A stretch of DNA of 62,693 nt, filler included, from Sphacelaria rigidula (taxonomy: Eukaryota): NCBI GenBank assembly GCA_964200075.2. It is 8 parts of 8 records of this genome, joined end to end, with 100 filler letters (N's around TTAATTAATTAA, not from the genome) between each part and the next. Parts side by side here need not be neighbours in the genome. Positions count along the whole stretch, not along the records: positions 1 to 7,750 come from CAXNAA020013575.1; positions 7,851 to 15,600 come from CAXNAA020013576.1; 6 more parts are not named here. One strand, 5' to 3'. The notes under the pieces are model-generated. The model was given only the letters and a program-made list of their open reading frames with translations, was not told the DNA's origin and did no database searches. The position numbers and the translations under genes are program-made. This document shows, in pieces, positions 1-10,030 of this stretch (its first letter is position 1; every line of letters starts with the position of its first letter).

Positions 1-9
1 GCTTCATGG

Positions 10-340
10 GTGCCTCACCATTTAAACACTATGTGGAACGATCATTCCCATTGTGCGGAGGTGAGGTTCTCTGACGCCGCACAACATGATCTAGCTCGGC
101 TACCATCGTGGTTACCGAAAACAAAAACGCAAGGGCGCAAAAAAAATGCGGTGACCTATTTGCCTAGCTTACGTAGTGAGTGGCGTGTTTTATAGCGTCA
201 TCGCCAACCGACGCCAAACCCATCGGGGGTCCGCCCCTACAAAGCTGAGAAGGGGAGGGGGGGGGTACTCATTTGTTGCTTGCCTTAGTCGTTTGACCAT
301 TGACCACGCATCCCTTTCGAGGCGGAGCACTAAAGGTGTG
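10..340. repeat. Dispersed repeat; inverted homologue at ~15815-16105; its ~70-bp module (tactcatttgttgcttgcc...gacggagcac) recurs at ~25835-25900, 30555-30625, 33815-33880, 36430-36495
   Basis: Direct sequence comparison between contigs. Confidence 0.75.
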
Positions 341-2559
341 TGGGGGATGCTACGGCATCATTCCCGCCGCACCCTTGTCCCCTATCGTATTGCCTAAGTT
401 AAGGCAGTGGTTGCTCACAGATGGTCATGAAGATTTGTTCAATCGGATGGAAGGGTGAAATCTTGTCTCGAACAACACGCCGTGTGTTTTTGTTCATGCG
501 CAACCACCAGTGATGCAAGCGCCTCTTGCCCCACTTTGTAAGCAAATGGAAGTTATGACTCTCCTCTATCGTGTAGCGATTCCTAATCTGTGCGGAGTAG
601 CCGAGCAAACGCTACTTGTGAATGTAGCTGTGCGACGAAGATACTGACTGCATTAAATTATGGTATATTGGGGGTGCCCATGCGACGACTGCGAGGCACA
701 CCGTATAGATTTCGTTGTTGAAGGCGTCAGGGCGTGACTGGCGGCCATGCCAACAGCCCAAGAAGTAGCGGTGTCACAGAAACGTGCCAAGAAATTCACG
801 AGACTCGGAATTCTTGATGTGCATTCGCATTCTGCACTAAGCTGCAGCATATTTCGATAGGACATCGGTACAAAAGTCGGGTATATGGATCTAGACGTCC
901 CTATCCTCAGGTCCTCCCCACAGGTGCGGTTGTTGTGGCTTCATGTGGCTGAGAACGTTTGCAATTATTGTGCTACAAAGTCTGTCTTGACAGCAAAACG
1001 CGATGACGTGGGCTCCGCCGACCGCATCCAGACAGGCGTCAGCGGTATGTTAGGCATACCGACTTATCAGCACGGTCTTGCATTGCCGTGCAAGCTCCAT
1101 CTGATATATGTATATTTATCTGGGACATCCACATAGGATGTCAAGCTCAACAAGGATATTCATCCAGGCCATGGACGTCCATCTAGGATATGTATTCAGG
1201 ATATTCTCCTGGCCTATTCATCTGGGATATCTATCTCGAACATCAGTCTGGATTTAGAATATCCATTTGGGATGTGCACGTTTATGTGAGATTTGAACGC
1301 CCATCTTGTTGAGTGTGAAAGTCTATCTGGGGTATCGATGTGAGATCTCACGCCAATCCCGGACATCCATCTAGGACCTCGCGTCCATGTGGCACGCCCA
1401 TGTTGGACGTCCATCTCTGCGTGTACAACACCACGTAGTGTACCCTGACGTGTACCCGCCAGCGCACGCCAGCACAGACGTATGGTCACTAGCGCAAAAG
1501 TTGTCAACAGGTTTAGGTCAAGGTTAAGTTATGCGATCAGGTTGTGGGGTTGGGGGTTTGAGTCTTAGCAGGAGCCTGCAGGACAAGAAAATCGCCCGCA
1601 AGGTGTAATGATCTCGGTGGGTAAGATACTCCCAATGGGCATCCGCGTCGGACTGGATGCCTATGGGGGCATCCCAGGTCGGGATGAGTATCTTGGATGA
1701 GTGTCCGCGTCCCAAGTGGACATTCCTAATGGATATCAATATCTCAGATGAACGCCCCAAGCGGATGTCGAAAGTGAATCCCGGGATGTCTCAGATAGAA
1801 GTCCTAGATGGACATCCGAAACGGGCACCCACATCCCGGATTGATTTAGGCTGGTTCACGCCTATCACCCAAAAATGTGTCATCAGCAGATCCCTTTCGC
1901 AAAACTTACCCGATAGTAGCATGCATGATATATCATACTGATCACCATGGACAGCTGAAGAGTGTGGCGTAGCCGGGTTTGCGTTCAAGGCCATAATGGT
2001 AGCGCTAAGGGCGAAAAATTACCTCGATCAATCAGCGCCGTTCAAATGTTCTGATATCGAAATTGCGAATCTCAAGTCCAAATTTCACCCAATCTCACCA
2101 TGCTTCAAATCGTAGTAACCACCACCAGCTCGGGAATCTGACGGGAAAACTATAATTGAAAACGGTTACTGCGGGGTCAAATTATACCCGAACCCGTGGT
2201 GTTTCGGTGATGTGGGGTTCTGGCGTCGTCTAATGATGATACGCACGAAAGACCCAGGAGCCTCGTGACGGTTCCCGTTATCTCTGTTGTAGAGAAGCTC
2301 GGATCGCCCTCAAACTGGGCAGTTCTTTGAGTACTGGTGCTCCAAATGGAAAGTTTGTGTTCTTGACCATATTTCAAAGTTTCGTCGTTCTTTACCAGTT
2401 TCCGGGGTCCCAGTATGAAGATTCCCGGAAGGCGGTATGGAATGTCGCTCAAAAGAAAAAAAATGATGCGTCCCGGGATTGTCCCAGGAACACATATACA
2501 AGGTTTGATCGAGGAACTCGAAAACCTCATACAGTTGTTTATTGCATGGACATAAAATT

Positions 2560-3402
2560 CACCCCAAAACATGTTTTATACCAAAACCAAGTAGTTAAAG
2601 TTTTGTACCTTTCAAGCCCACATCCTCGTACAAACGCGCAAAACTTCACGCTCTTATGAGGAGTTAGACCCTGAAACTTTGCACAAATGTGCTATGGGTC
2701 AGTATGCAACTTCCGATGGACGAGATTATTTCACTTGTTGACTTTTGTTTTACCGTTCTTCGAGGCTCTGAAGGGATCCATGTCGTTTCTTCGGAGTCGT
2801 GTCCATTCTGGGACCCCGAAAAACCGGCACTGCGATTTTGTTGTTCGCGAACTGGCTGTCGCCGCACAACCCGAGGAAGGGCCCCACAATTTTTTTGTCA
2901 CCAGACTCGACTAACCGATGCTTGAATTTTCATGTTCACGTCGAAGAAGGCCCAAAAACGACATTTCCATACTAAAACCAAGTAGTTTGCTGTTTCACCA
3001 TGGCACGGAAAAGTTCATCCCACAAGCGCGCGAAAGTTCACGCCGCTTTTTCGGAGTGAAATCCTGAATTTTTGCGCAAATGTGCTATGGGTCATCACGC
3101 AACTTTGGGGAAACGAATTTGTTTTTTTCAATCTTTTTTGTTTGACCGTTTTTTGGCGGTCGGACGGGATCAAAGATTCCCCCCAAAGCCTGTCCTCACC
3201 CCCCCTCCAAACCACCAAACCAAATAGAACACGCAAANNNNNNNNNNTTTTTGGCGGTCGAAGGGTGACAAAGATCCCCCCCAAAGCCTCCCCCCCCCCC
3301 CCGAAAAACGATTAAAAAGGTAAAAAAGAAGAGAAAATAACTCGATTTTCGAAAGTCGCGTGATCACCCACAGCACATTTGCGCAAAAGTTCAGGGTCTA
3401 GC
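2560..3402. repeat. Repeat cluster: two diverged direct copies (~2560-2760, ~2955-3150) plus an inverted copy (~3320-3402)
   Basis: Motif accctgaa(a/t)ctttt/gcgcaaatgtgctatgggtc occurs twice on + and once on -. Confidence 0.7.
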
Positions 3403-5554
3403 TGATGAGTGTTGGATAAGCGTGAATCAGCCTGTATCCTCAGGTGAAAATCCGCATGCCAGGTAGAGATCCACCTTTCAGATTGACCTCAGATCCCAGA
3501 TAGACATTCATATCCCGAATGGGCATTCATCTGTGAGATCTCAACATATTATAGATGGGAGGTTCTAAATAGGCGTCTCAGTTGGGTATCTATATCCCAG
3601 GTGAGACCTGCACGAGGATTCAGGGTTCATCTTATGGAATCAAGTCCGGCTCACACACTTTCGCCATCAACATGGATTTGGTGTGTGCAGGCTGGTATTT
3701 CTCTTCGAGAGTTGTCTACAGGCGCCGAGTTGCGCAGTCATCTGACCGAGTAGATTCTTCAGACAGCTAGCTCATTTGTTCGTTGGCCAGGTGTGATCTA
3801 GTCCTAGGTAGACAGCACCCCCGCAATCGTACTAACGCGACGCAGCAGGCTGCAAAGCTACCTTTGCTTTCTCCGAAAATGTGGCGGACTGCGGGTACTT
3901 TATTGGAAATGTCACTTCTTGGATGTAATGAACTCGGGCCGAAAAAATTGTAGGGGGCTAGCAATCGCAAGCGCTCACTTGCGTGCCCAGTTGCGCCGGT
4001 GAGAACTCTGCCGATCAATACATACTTGCGCGAGGAGTGAGGTTTTGGGTGCAGAAACCCGTCACAGGGCTACTGTACTGTACATGGACATCAGCGCCCC
4101 CTTCCTCAGTTGCTCCCCGGAGACTGTAAAGTGAGCTTTGTTTGCGCTCACCCAGCGGGGCGTAGGTGCTGTCTGTGTACGTGGAAAAACGCCAGCATTG
4201 TGTGAGGGGTATTTATTGCTTCCAACTATTTAACCGGTCACCTAGAAGACCCCAGGAAGATTGACGCCGTCGTCAACATAGCCCATGTTTGACACCCTTA
4301 ACAACAAGTTAACCCTGAACCCTAACCTCATTCAGAAGAAAACCTCCGGGGAATGGGAAAGTATAGTGTGTCCCAGGCAAAGCGAACGTCGGCGGGATTC
4401 AAACTGGCTTTAGACGTGCCGATTTAAGCAAAAGTGCGTGCCGCGCACGCTGGCGAGTGCTTGGGAATGCAAGTTCTCTGAAGATTCGAGCCTTCGCGCA
4501 CGCACTGAATCCTCATTTGATAACTATGATTTATTTTGACGAGAAACTTGCGATAGGGGGAGGGGGTGGGGAGAGAGGAGGAACTTGGGCCATTCCTTTC
4601 ACGAAATTCCACCTCAAAGCGTCGTTGAAAGCAGCAACCTTTGTTCGAACGCGCTTGTCACCGATAAGGCACGCTCATTCGTACCACTCCACACCGTTTT
4701 CACCAAAGTACAAACACACTGCGAGTAGTTACATCGTCTGGCACACCTGAGCCCCTGTTGAATCACCCAATGGCCTTATGACTATGGCATGCATGATCAT
4801 GAGTACACCCCTCCCCCCCCTCCCCACGCTATCGCAGCATCACTCTGTACTTGGGCAAACTGTGCCCGAACAGTCCCCCATTTCGGCGTGGGCAGCGGAC
4901 AGCCATCACTGCAATTTCGACATGGGTTCTTTCTGTGGGCGGCGACGACTTACCTACTCCGCGGTTTCAGCAATCGTGCGTGCGTTAAACTACTCTAGCA
5001 ACTCTGAAGATAGGGGGCTTGGGTATATCCTGTACAGGGGGCGTGGGTTCTAACGTGAAGAGATGGAAGCATGCACTGAACGTTCAGTGTGAAAATCACG
5101 TCGAGAGAGTTTTCAGAGCCTGAGCTGGTGCATATGATCGGCAAAATTACTCATTGTAAGAGGTATCTCAAACTCAAGGTTTCGGATATATCTAGCTGTA
5201 AATTATTGTGAAACATACTGTGAATCTCGAGTTTGAGGTATCTCTATTGGCCGCGGGTGACTCCATGACATCCATCCATACATGCATACACACATACATA
5301 CGCATACATACATCAGATAGATATTATATCATGTACACAAATTACATTTGTCATTGTGAGATAAATCTGTGATCTTTTTCCCATGCGGTGCTACCAACCA
5401 ATACCCCTGACTGACAGTATGCACACAAAGGTGCTAGACAGATGACACGAGGAACAGATGAGTAAAAATGCCGTTGTTAAACCGGTTAGACGGTACTTGC
5501 AGGTTTCTTGCCAAATCTGTGACTGTAGTTTCAGGCGGTAACTGACTGGTACTA

Positions 5555-6101
5555 CAGTAGTGGGCGGTCTAACTATTCAGGGGTGTTTTGGGGTTTTCCC
5601 CGCGTACTGCTGTTCGATAGAACTCGAAAATGCTAACGTCGGGAGGTTTTGGTGCAATAAACAGATCAGCCTCGAAACACAATGCCCAAGTCAGTGTCAG
5701 TTGGTGTTATCGGGCGATTTGAGTGAATACACCGTTTATCAGGAGGGTATTATTGACGGTTGATCACAGGTTTTCGGCTCTAGTGCAATGACTAGGTATA
5801 ACAAAAAAAAAATAGACTGCACATTTCTTCACAGATAAGATCGGGACAGGCTCGATCGACTGAAAATACCGAAGAGTACGAATCTGGGCTGAAATGTGGC
5901 AGGACCCCCGACGACCGGTCAGCCCGTGAATCACTCAATATTGAGTACATATGACTTCTTTTCTTGGAATGTGGAGCGGATGAAAATATCTTCAGATCCC
6001 CAATGTAACTAGCGGTGGCAAGCGAAAAGAGCCCAGGAACATTGCAAATTACGAAAAAATCACAAAAGGCCAAAAAATGAATAGTTAGACCGCCCACTAC
6101 T
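5555..6101. mobile_element. MITE with 24-bp terminal inverted repeats (TIRs), probably Tc1/mariner-type
   Basis: AGTAGTGGGCGGTCTAACTATTCA at 5556-5579 and its exact reverse complement at 6078-6101. Left flank is TA|CAGT. Homologous bodies at ~7885-8160 (ending ACTG|TA) and ~61355-61845. Confidence 0.85.
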
Positions 6102-6416
6102 TCACTTGTCCCCTCAGATATACGTATACTCAGTTTAGTTTCCTTGCTCTTGAGACTCCAGGCCAAAAGAAAGGGAACATGCGGATGTTGCAGTGTACTC
6201 GAGCGGTTCGGCACGCCTTTGTCGAGGACAACTGTTGTGTCACACTGCATCTATAGGACGCACAGAATATGAAACTTGAAGCTCCAAACTGACCGCATGT
6301 GAGCATGAAGGACGAGTCTGCTGCCTGTGCGCCGTGTCTTGCTGTGTATCGAAGACTACTACGAATGCATGTGCTACTTCGGCTCAACGAAGAGGGGCTG
6401 CTGGTACCGCTCGTAC

Positions 6417-6584
6417 CGTAATGGTAGTCCGCAACGCCTCCGCATCCGGATCCTCGCCTTCCAGCGCTCTCCATCTGACCAGGTTGCAAGGGTCTTCCAG
6501 ATCTCTGCTGAGCTTCTCTGTTACTGCTCGTTTTGATTGGAGTTCCTTGTGCATTGCCACCAGATTCTCTGCCCCGTCCGGAGC
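6417..6584 (-). CDS. CCDC146: Internal exon of CCDC146/MBO2-like protein (APDGAENLVAMHKELQSKRAVTEKLSRDLEDPCNLVRWRALEGEDPDAEALRTTIT)
   Basis: cag|...|gtacga boundaries, 168 nt. Contains the LExPxNxxRWRxLEGxDP motif of the CCDC146/CFAP58 family, recognised from memory. Assignment to CCDC146 rather than CFAP58 is less certain. Confidence 0.7.
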
Positions 6585-7049
6585 CTGCGTTCGTTAAATT
6601 GAATCAGGCGTCGTACTACAGTTCTCACGCGGGGGAGTGGGGTTGTTGGAGCGGTGTGACAATATCATTTATCCACTTCGACAGAGTCGGGAATCCTGGA
6701 GAAGGCGACTGAATCATTTGGCTGGATCCATTTGGTTGCATTCAAGTACAACTGTGGGTTCAGCATTCTCTCGGATCCTCCGTCATACTCCACTCGTAGT
6801 GATCTCTCCACTCACAAATTAAAATCTTTATTACAGGGGAAATCGTACGCTGTCAATGAGGTGACTTCTCGCTCAACCATGGATACATCTCAACACAAGA
6901 AAACTGATTGGTGCATCACGGCAGGAGAAAATCTATAAGCGTGACATGGCTACTACTTTCTCTGCTTGGGCAATGTGAGATAGAGCTAAAAGCACAGCAA
7001 CACTCAAGCACATATTGTGAAACACAACGGCGACATTATCTAGAGCTAC

Positions 7050-7100
7050 CTTCACGGTGCGCCGGCGAGCGGCCTCCAAGCGCCTCTGCAATTCGGCGAC
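7050..7100 (-). CDS. CCDC146: Internal exon of CCDC146/MBO2-like ciliary coiled-coil protein (VAELQRRLEAARRRTVK)
   Basis: cag|...|gtagct boundaries, 51 nt, phase 0/0. Splices in frame to exon 6417-6584. Confidence 0.6.
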
Positions 7101-7750
7101 CTGCCCGACATCCAAGAAAAATATTTGCCGTTTGAAACAGGGAACGAAAACCTCATCAAACTCGTTACCCTGTTTCACTTTAAGCAAGACGTTCAAACGC
7201 AAGCATTCAGCAGTTCAGCACCTGATAGCCCCCCCCGAAAATGTGACAGAAAAAAGAATGGAACGATGTTCCTGTGGGCGTCGAAGCAGTTAAAGCAATC
7301 GCACGGCAAGACGAGGTGTGTGCTGCTCTCAGCCAGCGGAATCGACGATGCTCTTCTGCAACTTTTGTCACGTGGCAAGTTTGGTATGTGTATGCTAAAA
7401 CAGATCCCGTGTAGGATGTCCGAGTGACGCCACGATAACTCCCTCCCAGAAAAATGGTTGGTTTGAGGAGGCAAAAATTGTAAGTTAACCAAGATGACAA
7501 AAACCGAGCATACCGAGCAGCTGGGAACTCCCATGCTTGAGATCGTTTTCACCGATGTCGCCCATACGAGAGGCTTTATGGAGTTTCAAGCCAGCTATCA
7601 TATGCTGTATGGCCACTTTCTTTGCGGCAGTTCTGGGGCTGGTTTGGGGTGGAGCGGGGGGGGGGGGGGGGGGGGTTGGGGGGTTTTGTGTTTACCCTGG
7701 GGGGGCGTTGGGAAACCGCCGGGGGTTGTGTTTCAGGGGGGCAGAAGGTA

Positions 7751-7850
7751 NNNNNNNNNNNNNNNNNNNNNNNNNNNNNNNNNNNNNNNNNNNNTTAATT
7801 AATTAANNNNNNNNNNNNNNNNNNNNNNNNNNNNNNNNNNNNNNNNNNNN
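7751..7850. other. Artificial contig linker (N44-TTAATTAATTAA-N44); identical linkers at 15601-15700, 23450-23549, 31299-31398, 39148-39247, 46997-47096, 54846-54945
   Basis: Seven identical 100-nt spacers whose 12-mer core has stops in all six frames. Intervening segments are 7750, 7750, 7749 (x5) and 7748 bp. Confidence 0.97.
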
Positions 7851-7884
7851 CCTGGTCCTGCATCGAAGGGCGCCAGGTGCGGCG

Positions 7885-8160
7885 TGTTTTTTTTTTTTCA
7901 CAAACATGATCGGGACAGGCTCGATCGACCGAAAATACCGAAGAGTGAGAATCTGAGCTGAAACGTGGCAGGACCCCCGACGACCGGTCAGCCTGTACGT
8001 CGCTCAATATCGAGTACGATTTCTTTTAGTTGGAATGTGGAGTGGATACAAAATCACCAATGTGATAAGCGGTGGCAAGCGAAAAGAGCCAATGGAAATC
8101 GCCAATTACGAAAAATTATGAAATGCCACAAAATGAATAGTCAGACCGCTCACTACTGTA
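7885..8160. mobile_element. Right half of the same MITE family as 5555-6101
   Basis: Shared body (gatcgggacaggctcgatcgac...) and terminal tgaatagtcagaccgctcactactg-TA. Confidence 0.8.
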
Positions 8161-8519
8161 CGAGCCCATTGAAACATAAAACACTAAACCGAAGGAAACG
8201 GCTTATACTATACTTTTGAAATTCGAAATTTGAAGTTTGTCCACAGCGTCATCCTCTGCAGTTGCGATTGGTTCGTTTTTCTATGCCTTGCGCCCATTAC
8301 AGTGCTGCCGCGGACACAAGGCCAGTAGTCGGGTTATTCGCTTTCATTATATCATTAGTCTTTTTCTCAACGATGGTATAGAGTATGACTAGTGGTGTAG
8401 AAACAAATGTTAGCTTGCCGGCCCGCTCCGCCTTGCCAGTCCAACAATGTAAATCATGAAGAGTAACTCATGGTTTTGTACATGAACACCACCAAAATAT
8501 ATCAGAAATCAATACGTCC

Positions 8520-8850
8520 AAGGTCGTGTTCTGGAGGGTACGAGTATGGTCTGTAGGGCATGAGATTCCTTACAGAACTTACAGAAATGTCGGGGACCAG
8601 TAAGAAAGTCTTACAGGGCTCACAGAACTGTTCGGTGCCGGTACGGGACGAAAGTCTCGCAGAAATCACAGAACTTGTCGAGTACGCGTATGGAAGGCTT
8701 ACAGAAAAACCGTACCAGTAATCTGGAATTTCTGCAAAAGCAAATTCGCGCTCCGGGTACGGGTACACATTGTGTACAGCACTCACAGAACTATCGGGTG
8801 AGGGTATAGGAGGCTTACAGAACACACAGATATCGACGGATAGGGTGTAG
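8520..8850. repeat. Degenerate ~40-bp minisatellite (cttacagaact(t/c)acagaa...gggtacggg)
   Basis: About 8 recurring acagaa/cttacag/gggtacggg units. Confidence 0.75.
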
Positions 8851-9049
8851 AAAGCCGGGTGCCACTCCCTGAAGTCCGAATGGCCACCTGCGGCACCGGA
8901 TCTTTTGAGGTCAGCCATATGTATTCTCTCTTTTCTTTACTATTTATCCCTGTTTTTGCTTGTATCGCGTTTTGTGAGTTTTAATCTGGGTCTATTGTGT
9001 TTTTCTTTGTTTTTTTTGCTAGCCTGTGACCACGTTCAGGTCCTTCATC

Positions 9050-10030
9050 AACAACCTCACACCGAAACATGTGCTCGTGGCAGCGACAGTGAACCAAAGG
9101 GGAAACGCGGCTGACGCCCACATATCTCTTGACAACCCCGTATTTTTTTGCCGCGCCCACTGGATCAACTCGGCTGTGATGTAGATGCTCGGAATCGCCG
9201 GCTCAGCCGCTAAGTGCCAGAACAAGGACCTGAAGGGGCTAATCCACAGGGCTGCCGCGTTGGTCGGCGTGTTCAGCCATTCTGCTGGCAACAACGCTGC
9301 TCTGCGAGCAGTCCAGCCCAAAGTTAAGGGGAAAAACCTTGAACAAAGGGAATGGTCGACTTCAAAAGGTGAGGGAGGCCTCGACGTGGAAGGGAGAGCC
9401 GAGGGTCCACTAGCTGAAGTACGTCGATGACCTTCATGCCTCAGTGCAAAGGCGGTATCTGTCTGCATCGATCAGTCCAAGGGTCGCAAAGTCAGCGTGG
9501 TTTCACCACCGTGGAGATCCTCGCTCTTTACCTGGATCCGCGCTATACAACAACGGACGACTCGGTGTGCGGGAACGGGGATTCAGCGGAGGTGGACGAC
9601 CACAATTTGAGCGACAAGGCCAAGGGGGCGCGCTGGTTCCTTCTTCCAGGATGATGACGAACGCGTGTCTGTAGGCCACCGCCATTAGCCGTGTGGATCT
9701 CTGTCCCCTCGGTCGCCTTCCTTTCTAGCATCCATCCCACCGATTTATGTGGTGAATGTTTCGTGCTTTCATGCCGCTGTGACCATATACCCGACGTCCT
9801 CACAGTCCACAGCCTGCTGGAGAAGCACGTCACATCTCTGGAGAGCGCCTGGCCCCTGGCCATCATGCTGCTGCCGCTCGTAATGGGGTTCAAGTTTTCC
9901 CCTTGTTCGCGCCCTGGTGGGGACGTTTGGGGCCTTTGTCACCAACGACAGCAGCATGAGGGTCAAGGTGCACCTCATGTCCCAAGACGTTACATGCTGC
10001 CCCAGGAAGTGTTTGGGTGCGCAACATAAG
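9050..10030 (+). pseudogene. Decayed hAT-superfamily transposase
   Basis: Fragments in order: DNPVFFCRAHWINSAV (CxxH motif), ALYLDPRY (LDPR motif), then a degenerate C-terminal dimerisation-like segment. Broken by stops and frameshifts. Confidence 0.6.

Noticed and set aside
994..1045. Isolated plus-strand micro-exon (KRDDVGSADRIQTGVS) with cag/gtatgt boundaries
   Set aside because: No partner exon or homology was recognised, so it may be chance.
7795..7806. TTAATTAATTAA palindrome recurring with ~7.85-kb periodicity as a biological repeat
   Set aside because: Always centred in identical N-spacers, so it is an assembly linker.
8520..8850. CRISPR-like array
   Set aside because: Units are degenerate along their whole length with no constant repeat plus unique spacer. 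There are no cas genes and the context is eukaryotic.
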